The notes under the pieces: model-generated
The model's input: the letters and a program-made list of their open reading frames with translations, nothing else
Database searches by the model: none
Told to the model about the DNA's origin: nothing
Shown: one piece after another, positions 35,370-49,763 of the stretch
How positions within the stretch are numbered: the stretch's first letter is position 1
Layout: each line of letters begins with the position of its first letter
Position numbers and translations under genes: made by a program
NCBI GenBank assembly: GCA_030141605.1
Contig: JAQGDQ010000191.1
Span: 248,001-312,000 of the forward strand
Source of the DNA: Tubiluchus corallicola
Taxonomy: Eukaryota > Animalia > Priapulida
DNA: 64,000 bases
Direction of reading: 5' to 3'

Positions 35370-36310
35370 AAAGTACTAAAACTATGGTACCAGCATTTAG
35401 TTATTACCAAGATTGGCAGTACAGTACACTACAAAAAAATACCGTACCTTATCTGTAAAATTGAATCGTGCCATATTAGTATAATAAAATATCGTACCCT
35501 AATTCCGTACCAAGTGCATGTAGGATCTATTATAAAAGGCGTTAAAATTAATTGTAAACTCGATTAATTTATCAATTCCGTGCTATTTACATACTATTTT
35601 ATACCACTCAATTTGAAATTCTATACCATTTATTTTAGGCTACAAAAATTACATACTAGTTTTCAGTGGTTGTGTTACATAGAAATGTAGAACGCACTTC
35701 AGATCCAAGAACAATCTAGCATAAATCTGCCTTTAACTGCAGGCAACATGATTATACATAACAGTACGTAGTTGTTAAATGTTGTGGCCACAGAAGTTAA
35801 TAAGGCTGGTACGTTTCGAATTTTTTTGTCGGCAAAACAACCATTTAACTCAGGTGATATGCAGTTAACAAATCATTGCTGTTCTGCATAGATCGGCAAA
35901 GTTATAAACTTTTCTCAGAACATACATTTTGAGATGTTCTTGCTTCAAAAGAATTAGCATAACTTGAGACGTTAAGAATATTTGTATGCAGCACGTTAAC
36001 AGTCACATTACATTGAATAGGTGTGAAACACTGGAAACAAAAATAATCAATATAATTTGCGGGAAATAACAACCGGGGCTTCTAAATAACTTGCACCAAT
36101 GTAGGTGTTTTGTTTGCGTGTGCTCTGTGTTAATTAGGGGAGAACAATAAGTCCACTCGTGAGCATAACAAGTCGTCACGCTGAGTTGCCGACCAATAAA
36201 AGGGCTACAAGAAGCTGGGTAAAATGGTACGGGAAAGGTACGAAAAGATACCGTAATTTCTATCGTACCTACTGCTGAAAAAGACTAGCAGGTACTATGT
36301 ATGCATTTAC
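35370..36310. mobile_element. Decayed DNA-transposon-like remnant with GTAC-rich sub-terminal repeats
   Basis: Clusters of taccgtacc / ggtac motifs at both ends (35380-35515 and 36225-36300); no intact ORF. Confidence 0.35.
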
Positions 36311-39300
36311 AAACTTATTAATTAAAGCACAGTGCTTGTTAGTAGTGGTACATGTACAGACACATCAGTACTGTGACTACAGTATTTTAATTTACAAATA
36401 ATTATACTGCAACAAATTTTAATGACCAAGTTTTCTTACACCTGGTAGTTGAGTGTTCCATGTTCAGTATGCTACTCTATTTTGATAAAGCATGCATGCT
36501 GAGAGCAATTATGAGAATAACTTTTTTACGTTTAATGATTGCGGCGAAGCAATAACACCTTTTTGTCCAAGGTTGCTACTTAGTTATACTCTTGACTGTC
36601 ACATGTAACTTATTGTAATCTTTACAGTTACAACCTATAAGATGTGCGGTCATTCAGTTCCATAAAAAATAACACTAGGATGAAGTGTTGTAGTCGCAAT
36701 GATAAGCTTTACTAAGTAATCACCATTTAATACAGTCGCAATGATAGGTGCAGACTGCAGATTGTTGTTTTAGAAACATGGCTCGTCGCCACAATTCAAA
36801 TTTATGTATGGTTTATTTTAGTGTAGCACTTACACGGTAGCAGACATAGAGCTTTGCCGAAACGAGATTTGCATTGTCTTGACATACTTTATACGTACTG
36901 GCGAAAATCAAACTTTTGTACATACTTTACATTAGAAAACAAATCACGATTAGCTCTTTTCCAGCAGGAATAACAAGTAATTATCTTTTGGTTTTATATA
37001 ACAAAAAAGGCTGAAATAATAATAATTTTTAAAAGCCTAACATCTCTTCGCGTCCATGTCGCTGTGCATGACAATGTACAGCTATGCGGTGCGTCGGCTA
37101 GAATACGTAAGTCAGCATAACTGCACAAGCAGGCAGTCATAGAGTCATGCAACACAATGTCAACGCGGTTTGCAATTGGATGATGGAAGTAGCTGCTGTA
37201 CGTATTGTCTTGAAGGTAAATATCTTTTGCATAAATGCATTTTAGTTAATTTCCTTTTGGATTTATAAACAATAGACATAATAACATTGAATTAAATCAA
37301 ATTGATTAATCTCTGATATAAAAACAGACATGTTAGCATACAAGTAAAATGGAAAGGGTGGCGAAAAACATGCCTTTACTTTAGCTTTACCGAATCAGCC
37401 ACTCCACAATAAATTAAAACTTATTTAACATAGTGCATTGGATAATAGAGCTGGTCTCGTATATGGAAACGGGTTTTCACATATTTATTTTACCAGATGA
37501 TAGTTCACTTTCTTTTACCTAATAAAGTAATGTAATTAATAATGATTATTATTGCTTTTTAATACTAGTAATAATGTAATACTATTACTTAGTATTAATA
37601 TATAATAAGCCCATTTTAAAAAATATAATTATTGTTTCAAACAATCGTCTAAGTAGTAGTGGCACTATTTTGCATTTGTAAAATCAAATTAGGATGTCAG
37701 ATTTGTATGAATTTGATTTAATTTGGTTTATTAAATACATCCACTACAACCAATACAGCTTAGCACTTTGAAAGACTATGAATTAGTAATAACATTTTAT
37801 TACAAGTGTCAAGCTGCAAGTGGCCTATTGGGTGCTCAGAAAGTAATTAAACTTGTAGCGAGCATCCCAAAAATTGCAACACGTAACGCCAAATAACTTT
37901 AAACTTAACTAAAGGATTAAACTAAAAGAACGAACTAAAATAAGGTAAGCCTAAAAATTAAAATGTAAGTTTAAACGTTTGTTTGATGTTTAATTTTATA
38001 AATCTAAAGTAGAAAGTAACTTAATTACCATACACCATCCACATTTTTCCTTGCTTTCACAACCAATGGGCAATCCAATATCGATTTTTTTATTTGAGAC
38101 ATATATACTGGCTACCTTGAACTTTGGCCAGCTAAGATTTCGTTTTGCTAAGTTAAGTGATTTCACTAGGTGTTTTATTGCAGCGCTTATCTTTTCAAAT
38201 ATCTGGGCAGCTACAAAAGTGAATTTTTCCAGGTGAGCTGTTATCGTTCTTTTAAAATTTTTCTTATTCTTGTATATCTAGTAATTGAATCACTCGACAA
38301 TTATGACGACTTTATGTGACCGTGATGTACTAACAGTATATACGTATATACAATGACCTCGTGTGATCTGATGCATTACACTTTCCATAAATTTATTAAT
38401 CTTGTCATAGCTATTCTATTATATATATATAAGGGAGTGCATAGTGAACACTAAACTTATTTGCCTCTGGCAGTATATTCTACACCATAAAAGTGATACA
38501 CTGTGTATTAAAATGTTGGGTCCTGTGATTCTGGAGATTTTTTTTCTTAATTGGTAAGGGCTGATCCCAATAATGTAATGATACATGCTAAATGCAAAAA
38601 TGTAAATTGATGAATAGGCCATAAAATAGCAAAAACAAATTTGTAAACAATTTCCATGCTCATTTAATTAAACTACTAGAATAATATTTTCTGTACTGGT
38701 TTCTTCCAATGCTTTGGAGACCACCATTCCAAGAAATTGCTTCCTACACATGACCAACTTCTGAAAATAGTTGAAAAGAAAAAGAAAATTTTACTCAAGA
38801 TTATAAACTTTGTAATAAAAATATTTTTCGTTTGAGTAGATTTGGAAAGAAAAGAAATAATTTTATTATAATTCACCGCCACCGTTAAAATAGCTTAAAA
38901 CTGAAGTTATCGTGTTTTTGTTTTCACAAAGTTCACAATATTGTCTGGTATCACACTTTCTTTAAGTTATAGCTCATAGCTCATAATGTTAAACATAGAT
39001 AGCTTTGCTTAATTTTTAGTGCCTATTCGGAGTTTCGATAACAAATATTTCAGTGTTTTTAAAAAGTCAGAGAAAATTTAATGTAAGAGCAGTTTGTCAA
39101 TATGGCTGTTTACTACAGTAAGTTTGCCCTAATTTCTCACCTGTTCTGAAATCTGTTACAATATGGTAAGGAAATACAGGTTTGACAAAGAGTTATAAGT
39201 ATCTGTGGTAATTTGATTAGTCAATACCTAGTGTAAGAAACAAAGTATAGCGTGTTTTTAAATGTTGACTGATGGATGAAAACCCACACACATGAATGCT

Positions 39301-39699
39301 ATGTTCAATTTGGAAAGGTCCTCCTATGCACTGAATGGATGACACTGTAAGCTAGCATTAATTATATTTCAATACAGAATGATTTTACTGATCCATAATG
39401 CTCTTGCTTTATTTACAAACTAAAATACAAGTATTGCCTTTGCAATTACTTGATTTTTGACTATTGTTTCATTTAGCTGTTAGTAGACTTGACAGTAATG
39501 TAATTATTATTGTTGTTGTTGTTGTTCTTGTTGTTGTTGGTTATTGTTGCTGTTGCTGTAACTGCTGCTGCTGTTGTTAGATTACCTGTAAAATTTCAGC
39601 CTTACAGACTAGCATGTGGTGATTTTGATTTATAGACCGGGATGATTTAGCTATCTTTAGGTTATCAGGAAAGACACGGTCAGCAATTGACTTATTAAA

Positions 39700-41020
39700 A
39701 AGAATTATCAAAATCACATTCTTCTGACAATTAGTTATATTATTTACAGTTTTCTAAATCTTTCTGATATTATGTTTATTAGCTTTAAGTAAATCGGAGT
39801 AAAAGTGTGTTTCGATTGTTCTTTTACATGGTTAAGTTTATTAACATAGTTATCTTGTTTGTGTGTTAGTATTCTTGTTTGTATAGATTATTTGACAATT
39901 TGTGGGTTTTATAGAGCTGACTTTTAATTTTGATGGACGTCAAGAGCCCAGCAGTTAACCAAGACTTGTTAAAGGTTTTTGTTTCTTTCCTGGATAAAAT
40001 TTTAATAGGTGCGTGACAGTCTAACTGTAACACTTCATTCATGGTATTCATGAAATGAGTAAAGGCATCATTTACTGTCTATTAGGTCCATGAATGATAA
40101 ATTGTGTAATCTGATGTAAGGTCATTCAGAAAGAGAACTGCATTGAAGTTATTTTTGTCACAGACTATTATTTTAGTTTCGGAACGTTTAATCTTTGAGT
40201 TTTTAACAATAGAAAATATCGTCAAATGACCTGCAACTCCCGGAGTGATATAGTTTTTCAAGTTATTTGTGCATATGTGATCAATTAGTGTCTTTGAAGT
40301 ATGCGTTAGTCTAGTTGGTCTGGCTATGATAAGAGTGAAGAGGTTGGAAAATATCTTATTTAACTAGTCAGGTATGTAGGATTTAGATTCGTCTTGCAAT
40401 AGGTTTATGTTGATATCACTGCGTGTGTAACATAGTTTGCCTGTTTTGCTGATTTTAGCCATAATGTATTTCTTGACTTCAAGTAACTGCACAAGATTAG
40501 TTTTAGGATGACTCTATATGACGCCAAATATTACATGTTTGGATTTAGTGTGACTGTCTAGATCTATCCAAATGAACATGCATATCAGAATTTGTAGTAA
40601 CTGGAATATTATCATTGTTTAAATTAAATATATTTGTTTGATTAAAGGTCAGTTTATTCCTTATATAAAGCCCCATCTCGCCCCCTTTGTTTTAGAATGT
40701 AAATGTATAAATGTATATAGTAAGTTACATGTTATAAAAGGTACATAGAAGAAATTACACTCGCTTAATCACATTTCAAATGGCAATCAAATCTGGTGGA
40801 TTTTGAAAATCAAGCAAAATAGCCACAATATTGGTGAAATGTTTTTGGAGACTGCTTAAATTGAGATGTAACAAAGTGAGGTCTTTGTCGGTAGTTCCGA
40901 GGTCAGGGAATGACTAAAGTATTGCATGATTGTAAGTTGTAATGCCTCTATCGAACTGTGTGTTATGATTAAGATCAAGGTCGTTCTCATTTTGGTCAAA
41001 AGAATCTAGACTAGACATTA
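39700..41020 (-). mobile_element. Decayed LINE (L2/CR1/Daphne-like) endonuclease and tether remnant
   Basis: The minus strand gives LLHLNLSSLQKHF, IYRHP-like, DINI.LL, PTRL.HTSKTLIDHI.TN and SWLTAGLLTSIKIKSQLYK, with many stops. Confidence 0.8.
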
Positions 41021-41399
41021 TCGTACAAAATTTGCAATTGCTCTATTTGATACGAACTGCAAATTAGTTATGTAAAGTCATACAAATCATTGTTGTCTTT
41101 TGTCTGAAAATGTATGATTGAGTTTAAACATGGTTGCAAATGGGAGTCCAAGATGGCCACACAAGAATTTTGAAAAATAAAAAGATAGTTTTTTGCTTAA
41201 TCAAATCCTTAGCTTTCCAAAAATGTATTAGTTATTTAATATCCAAAAAATTTGAACGCACTGTATGACCAATACAGTTGTACCAGAATAATTTTTGAAT
41301 AATCTTCTATTTCATAATTGATTTTCACCGTATATAAAATCTTTTAGCAATTTAAATTCATAACAAATGTTCCTTTTTCTGGCACAACACGGCAGCACT

Positions 41400-41923
41400 G
41401 AGTTGCAGTGTTATCGACGATGTTATAGTTGCTCATAAAGCCAAAGACATTAACCGGCTTTCAGAAGTAGATCATGAACACGACCGCTGTGTGGCAGCCA
41501 AAAGCTGGTTTATATGCTCTCGTTAAATCACTTATGTACCGCCGCTGGGCTGGTGTTTACAGTTGCCACTAGTCTTATATTGATTGTTGACTTGACTGCC
41601 TAACACTCTGAGAACCGTTCATGCACATCTTGTGTAAGAGGGACGCAAGCTGCCAGGCGTGCGAGTGGCTTATCCATTTACGCCCAATGGTAGCTATTGA
41701 TTTGATCACTTGAAGTAGTTGTTTGGTGCTCGATTTCGCAAAATACTGGGCTCGGTTAATGTAAACAAACCGCTGTGAATTGCCAATTGTTTATTGCTGC
41801 TGGATCATTCGGATTAGATTTGGATTACCGCTTCTATCTATTTTTTTCTGCGTAAGGATTCTGGAGAGTGTTTTGTGATAAACGGGACAAGCTTGGTGCT
41901 GTATGTAATGTAATCAGTGGCAT
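41400..41923 (+). promoter_or_regulatory. Probable promoter and non-coding first exon of the downstream plus-strand gene
   Basis: CpG-richer block ending in consensus donor cat|gtaagt (41924). Later exon-like blocks have AG/GT borders (59185-59321, 60479-60512). Confidence 0.4.
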
Positions 41924-43404
41924 GTAAGTACCTTGTGGACTTAGCACTTTATAGTACCTGTATACTAAAGTATTTTTAAATTTATCACTTCAGTTAAACT
42001 TGAGTTTCATAAGCGTATTTGATTTTGTGCAGCCCAATTCAAGTTGTCACTCACTGTTCGATAGGAGTTTTGATAAAAAGTTCTACCTTTTACGTGAAGC
42101 GTGTTGTAGTCTGTAATCCTTTTCTGCCTGTGTCCCCTAATTCACCTTGTATTCTCGACTTGTCGGCATTTCTTTTTTAGAAAACATTTCTGTTGAGTTA
42201 TCCTGATTGTAAACGCAAATTCATATTGTTTTTACACACAGTGTTCAAAATTTATGTGATGTTGTATGGGTTGCATTTTAGAAACCATATTTACCCTGGT
42301 CTAAGTGGGAGAAACATTTTAGCCGCCACGCAGTGTAGATATTTACACAAGGTTAACCTCTCGGGGCCTGTAGATGTGTTATCTGTAAAACCTGTTACAG
42401 GCCGATTGTCAGCGGCTGGTGATTAGGGACTTGGTTTAAATGTATAGAGTGACAGGCGTCAGAGGAAACTAATTACGCCTAACAGTTACTACTAAAAGTG
42501 ATCAATAATAGTTTCTTAGTGGGTGATTGGCTTGGTTGTTGGGGAGTGAATGATGAATACGATTACATGATAGCACTTGCTTTACAGTGTACGAATTAGC
42601 ATGTAAAAGAAAATTAGTATTTGTCTGCAAACAGTGTTGAAGCGGCTTTAAAAATTCAAATTTAATTCAAACTTCAAAGAACGTTATACATGTAATACTG
42701 TTTCGAACTATTAATTACAACTAACTCATTTTCTTTACCTTTTTTGGTAGAATTGTCGATTAGCAACTTTTGAATCGTAAAAATTAAACGTACATTGAAA
42801 CGAACTATTGTGTACAAATAATGTAAAGGTCTGTGTATAATAAAGAAAATTACTTACTGCACTATCTGTGAATTTTTGTGGTGGCATAAAGAGTTGAATT
42901 ACGGATTATAACGAAACGGTGTATTTCATACTCGTTCACGGTTTTCAAAATAGTGAAACGTTTTGTTGAAGGAGAATATGTTTGCCGAAGCTCTGTGGAA
43001 ACCTTTAACGAATTCTGTGTATTTTATGGTCGACGTTTCCCCGAACAATGCTGTAAAAGTGTAATTATGATCTCTAAAAAACTAACGTGTTTATGTTATA
43101 TACGAACGTGTATATCTCATAAAATGTTGGTTGTTAGATCGCTAGTCGCGTTATGTATGAATGGTAAAACAGTAAATATTGTAGGGCGTCTCTTTGTCAT
43201 TTTGATACACACGTATTATAGTTCGTTCTTTTGCTACAATTATTGTAATGTATTTATAATTATTGTTATTACTGCCAGTCATTGGTGGAACTTTAATTTG
43301 CATGTATTATTTTAAATAGCCTTTGAGACTGTGTTGTGTTTATATTTCTTTTGTGTCTTTTTGTTGCACTGTCACACCCTTTACCCTTGCCTTTGATCTC
43401 CTCC

Positions 43405-43422
43405 GTTCTCCTCTCTCTGTCC

Positions 43423-43458
<36 letters not shown>

Positions 43459-43509
43459 CTCCTCTCTCTGTCTCACGATTTCTCTCTCTCTCTCTCTCTC
43501 TCTCGTCTC

Positions 43510-43548
<39 letters not shown>

Positions 43549-43572
43549 CTCTCTCTCTTTCTCTCTCTCTCG
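43405..43572. repeat. (CT)n interrupted microsatellite
   Basis: Directly visible. Confidence 0.95.
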
Positions 43573-46500
43573 TTTTTCCTTGGCCGTCGAACTTGTCTAT
43601 CTTCATTACTATATCTCCTGCGCCTTTCTTTTCTTTTTCATTGCCATTTCTTCACGTTGTCCATGCTGCAATAAATTTACCCTAATACGTATGAAAGACT
43701 GAACCCTTTCAAGACGATTCTATTCGTCTTCGCAGCGTTAAAATCGAACTTGCCAGTTTCGAATGGCCGCTAACTGCAGATAATTTTCAGCTTAAGGCAC
43801 TTTTCATTGCTTTCCATTCACAGCCTGCACGCTGTTTAACACTTTGCGCAAAGTCTCTTGATAATTACGTTGTAAAAATCTAGTTTTCAAACATTCTCAG
43901 ATAGGGTAAAAGAGTGTGCGCTGTTATAACTTAATGGCTTTGTTCACTGATTCAGACCACATGAAATTGTTACTTGTGGTCATAACAAGTACTTAAATTG
44001 TGTGTTCTAGTATCATGCAAGCCAGCAGTACATAGTTATATTTTGAATGTTGCCTGAAGATTTATGTATTACATATCGTGTGTGAGCTTTGATAATCAGA
44101 CCGCATCGCTCGCCTAGACTAGAGTTGTATAGTTCTTTATGTGAATGCTCATGCAGAGGGTTATACAATATAAAATTGTAAAGCAACACTAATTCCTTGT
44201 TACCTTGTGTAAATTTTGAGTGTAAAGACGACGAATACCGTCACGTACGAATACGTCAAGTAGTACAGTTTTTAGAATCACTTAAATATACAGGTGTTTT
44301 TTTTTTCAAATTGGGCCAGAGATGCATGATAAGTGGTGTATTGACAATATATCTTATGATTACCAAGATGAATTTTGGAACTGAAGGTCTAAATAATTAC
44401 ATCTGTGACTGTGGAATGTGAATCAGTTTTAAATTCTATCTACATACGTAACTGTAAGCCAAATCTAAATCATGTGCGATCACTACCAAAACCTTGGTAT
44501 TCTTGACCGCTACACCGTCATTTTGTTATCCTGAATAATCCACTACTAGTCCTTGTACGGTTTCTATTCAACATCATGCAGTTTTACCACTTATTAGAAA
44601 TGACGGATGTCTGGTCCATTTGTTCTCAAATTCATTTAACTTTATTCATAAACATAGTCTAAAGTCATTGCTAACAGGTAATTATTCTGCATAATGCATG
44701 GTGTGTTAATTTAAATTCGCCCTGCACGTAGAATAAATAGCTTAAGTGATTACTACAAGTTTTACGCTGTTTGCCGTGCAACTTGACTGTGGTTTGTTTG
44801 CATGGCGGATTGCGTTCCTGGCAGATTGAGGATGTAGACTTTAAACGTGTTTTATTTTTGTGAAATGTCAATGGATAAACAGGCTGGTTTATAAGCCTTT
44901 GAAAGCGATTCTGTGATTGACATGCTTCGTATTCTTTTCATTCATGTACGATAACAATCTTAGAACGTTTAGAACTATATGATTATAGGAAGAAAAGAGT
45001 ACGATAAACTTATGCAGTATTGTCATTAATGTATCATGGAGCTAAACTGTAATGATCTAGAATTAACGATCTGATAATTATTTAATACACTTCGCCCGTG
45101 ATCTGTCTGCTGAATTAATATAGCTGGCGTTGGATGATTTGGTGCCATAGTAGAATCTAGACGGTGTTTGCTCGTGTGTGGCTTACGTTTTCTAATCGTA
45201 AGATTTGGGGTTCAAGTCCTGATTGTTTCACTGTTTACGTGCTTAATTTTCTGTCGTTAGCCCTTGAGTTACTTGATGTTCCACATAACATATCAGGTTT
45301 TCTCATTCTGGCTTGCTACAAATCGTGTTGTTTTTGTTTGCGACTAATAATTGACTAATAATCATTCGATTAAAGTTAAAGTATATGCAACACAATTATC
45401 AGGTAATGAAAGAAACGTTGTCAGCAAGCAGAAGGATTGTTTGACGTGACAATAAAAAGTTGTCTGTGTGTTAATAGAAAGTAACAGATGTCAAGCTGCC
45501 ATCGGCCGATGCCAGTCTTCGTTTAAATTAACTTAATACATTGCATATCATTACTCATGCGCAATATGTGTATGCTTGGCCTCTTCAAATTCTTCGTTGG
45601 CACCTTTTCACTAATCGATAGTCTTTACGCAAAATATAAAATCAATGTAACATATTATAGCAGTGAGCCCGTTATAATCTTTTTCCGATAATATGATTCA
45701 TCGTGTAAATGTTAACTCGTATACTGTTAACATGCTTATGTGGTGCGGCCCAATAAGTCATGTTTTAACAGTAACTGTGTAAAGACATTTGAGTACAATA
45801 TTTCTATCTATAAGTAAATGACGAGGGAATCACAAGTGTTTGCAAACTGTGTGTAGCATTAAGCAATAGTTCTAAACTAGTGCTAAATCAATCCCATTTT
45901 CCCTTCGTCCCTGGTTCTAATACTATGGTCCCAGAAAAAATTACAAAATTCTTACAGTATAAATTTGGTTATTCACGTCAATGCTCTGCCACTGGTTTTT
46001 AGTTCCTAGACTCGACGCACCTGAACTCCCTTAGCAAAACTAATAAAGTTGTGTAATAGAAATTTTACTCCTACCTGTAATGGGATGAGCGACTTATGGG
46101 TTGAGGAACTATTAAATTCCAATCGTAAATACTAAACACCCAGTAGTGTGACCTTAGTATCAATCTAGGAATCGACCATATCGCTGTATCTCATGTTTAC
46201 ATCAAAAACGCGTATTGTGCCTTCAGATGTTGCAATCATACAAACGATAAGACGACTCTCATCTCTGTACCTCCAAAACGACGCCAGTTGGCTGGCAGCA
46301 TACATACACAAATAAAGTAACAGAATGCCCATCTCAAACCAACCATTATCTTTCTCGTACAGGCAGCTTTTATGTGCAATATATCGTGCGGAAGAAGTAC
46401 CTTTTAATGTCGCTAAATTGACAAATGCTCGTTTTGTCTCAATAAACTGCAGCTTAGCAGCTTAGTGACGCCGTCAGGGGAAATTAATCTCACTTTTGTC

Positions 46501-49204
46501 CAGAATCTAGATCTAAATGTCCAGAATTCTGGATTGAATTCGATATTTCGAAAAAATCATTTATGGTAGACGTTTGTTGCTTGTTGATTTCAATTCCTGA
46601 CGTATTCTACCAAAAGCATATGAGCTATATATAGCTAGGATTTGGTTAATAAAAATCAAAACTATGACAACATGTGTAGCAAATCAGTAAAAGTGCATCG
46701 CATGAGTCCAAACAGAGGACATTTTCACATGCATAGGTGAGGAAATGGAAACATGCGAACCTGCAGGTGGAGTGAAACTCTCTTCTCTCCCTTTAATGCA
46801 TTTAACTGTTACCACAGGGTCTATTGTCTTTTTTACAGTTTTTACATGTAATAAGCACAAACAAAAGTCATTCATTTTATTTTAACTGTTATTTAATAAC
46901 AGTTGACCTCGTTATAAAAGTATTTTGTATTTAGTTTTTTTATCTTCTTCTGGTAGTACTAAAACTCTATTTATTTCCAAAACACATTTCAGTCAATCGG
47001 GATTCCCTGTAACTACTTTGTATTTCATGTGTGACGTTCACTCGCCACACTAGTCAGATACCTTTTATTGCTTATACTGCATATCCTCATATGACGATAT
47101 CTGACGACTAAGAAGCAAGAGCAACACCAATTCCATTTTGACTTTTCCTGTCCACCAATGTCGCAAAAGTCATTCCGGTTTTTCCTCCCCTATAGCTCGT
47201 TGATGTTGCAGCTGCTGCATGGTTTCCCCATCCTCCACCTCGCCGATGGAAGCCACACATTTGCAAAATATTGCTGTAGGAGAACATTAGTGTTTACACA
47301 TGTGTTGTGAGTTTATCTACACAGTTGAGATATATGCTTACAGCGTGCAGGTCGGAAGGAGGCTATGTTAAACTACTCGGTCCCTCTTAGGCAATTAAAG
47401 CTGATCAGATTTGCAAATTGGGGTATGCGGTGCATTTGGCAAGCTGTTCGAAGGCTGCGCATTCCGCACGTACACGCGTGGCGTATTGGTGCTATAATGA
47501 AATGACTAAACTGTGTACTGCTGGCTGAGTAGCATCATAAAAATGTGATCTGAAATTAATATAGAGCGTTTGTATCTATGACCCGTGGGCCTGTTGACTG
47601 TGCGAAAGTGAAATTTTACTAAACGTACATAAATGTGTACACATACTGATATTATTCGAGCTATCTACCCTGTAGAGGGCGTCACATCATTCTCGTAGTT
47701 TCTATCCTGTATCCAAATTGCCGCTTTCTTGCTATGAACATTTTTCGCAAAACGACTGGTTGATTAAAAAAGTGAGATTGACAACGTTTCCGTATGTTCT
47801 GGCACATTATTTGGTAAATTGGATGCGTGATTCTGGGCGGCTTCCTGAAAGCACCGGTGCAGTTATGATGCAGGTTTTTTTTGTAATATCCTCTGTTTTC
47901 GTGTTTAAATGGGACAAAGTGTTCACATGCTTAAAATTTATATTTGAATAGCAATTTCATACACTTTTTGTTGTGCTGCTGTTAATATTAGCAATTGTTA
48001 GCAATTTGTTACTATTAGTCGTTGCTAATAATCACTTGTAATCACAATTATTTTAAATGTTTCTTTGTTACTATTATTACAGAAGTACATTATTGGTAAA
48101 TTATGCTAGCAAAACCGATTAATCAAGTATCGCAGTCATAGTGCAATGCCTTCATATAATTATGTGTACTGAAATAACATTTCACCCATAATTTCGAATG
48201 ATTTCTGTGTGTAGTTTTGCAAACATGCAATTTCAACTTGACTTTCAATTCACCTTCCCCCATTTCACTTCTAAATCGTACGGTTATTCGTTATTTGTAT
48301 AGTCTGACTTGTTAACATTTACTTAGTTTCTAACCTTTAGTTAATTGCCCTCGTAATCCGGGACTTGTTAAATTAATTTACCGATAATATCAGTTAACGT
48401 ATGTAGCTTAAAAAATTGATATTTTGTAAGTGGTTTTGACTTTTGAGTGTATGCATATAGTTTGTCAGTCAGTGCGGTTGTTCATAAATTAGAAAGTCCA
48501 TTATAAATCCTTTGTTTAATTGTATAAATCCATTATTTGTACGATTTTGCTATTATGTATTTATGTCTCGAGCGTTCGTAATAGTTTCCAACACGTATTG
48601 TAGTGTAGATGGAAAAACTTGATAGTGTGTCTTCATACTTAAGCGTCTTTACCGTGCTTTAATTTTCCGCCTTACTGTAATTCCTCAAATAGCTGGATAA
48701 AAGTGTTTTCTAATTACATTCTTCGAACGAATTCCTTATAATAGCAGATTATCTAACCTAGAATAATAAAGGCAAAAAATTAGGTCATTGTGCAGCCACA
48801 GACTCAAAATAATGGCCATTGTAATCCGTTTAGCCCTTGTTGTGTGTGGTGTTGGTGGAGCGTTGTATATGAATAGCAGATTATACTTAAGCAGAATAGT
48901 TGTTGAAAAATGTAAAATTCACGCTCGTGTTACATAAATTATGTGGAGGGCCAAATAGATGTTAAGGATTATTTACGCCGAATTTAATTTACCGAGATGA
49001 AAACAACCCTGCTGTACTGTGCTTATTAACGTCAAGCTATATAGGTCTGTGAAATGCATGTATTAGCCCATAATTAGCAGCTTATAAGAGAAAAAATTAA
49101 GTATCTCTAGGGCACTACCATGTGTAGACGTTTCGTGAAGTTTTTTTTATCACTATGTCTATAATACTAATATTTTATTTGAAACTACAGTAGGGTAATG
49201 CACA

Positions 49205-49763
49205 GGCTTTTCATCTTCTTGCAGCGAAGCTGCAAGTTAAGTTATAGTACGGCGTCCTTTCGTGTGTCTGTTCGTTTGTTTGTCTGCCCGTCTACTCACT
49301 GTTGTGTCGTGGACAAGTTTCAAGCCAAACTGTTTGGCCTAAAAAACTCCCATGTTCCACGTATATGTCGCCCATCAAAAGAGGAAGAACCCTATCAGTT
49401 TTGTTGCCCCATTGTTAAATGTCAGGTTACATGACCCGATTTATTAAAAACATGATCGCATTTTGAGCCCAAATAGTTTCGATATTTCATCCGTTATCCA
49501 TAAGTTAGGGAAGAACCCTACCGATTTTGGGGTTCCAATGTTAAATGTCAGGTTTACAAGATAGTGAGGATGATGCTTATAAAAAGACCTTTTGGTGCAT
49601 TTTAAATCCAAATAATCGACCCCAAGCTTTCATCTTTTACGCATAAGTCACCCATCAATAGGGAAAGAGCCACGTCGATTTTGGGTTGTAGTTAAAAAGT
49701 TTTAATGACACCTCACTGTTGCTGCACGGATGTTACGCTTCTCAAATGTTTAGAATGCGTTTG
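49205..49763 (+). mobile_element. DINE-1/HINE-like non-autonomous element
   Basis: 5' hairpin CTTGCAGC-GAA-GCTGCAAG (49218-49236), GTCT-like microsatellite, about three gaagaacccta..tttt..g units, 3' sub-TIR gttgctgcacggatg and a terminal hairpin. Confidence 0.65.

Noticed and set aside
37000-39200. Small spliced gene between THOC5 and the second LINE
   Set aside because: Scattered splice-like sites did not chain into a consistent or recognisable ORF
45140-45225. Functional tRNA genes at the tRNA-like relics
   Set aside because: Only degenerate A/B-box remnants; I could not build a complete cloverleaf
47666-47680. TACCCTGTAGA match to miR-10 (also let-7-like TGAGGTAG at ~51938)
   Set aside because: The match is limited to the 5' end and there is no convincing precursor hairpin
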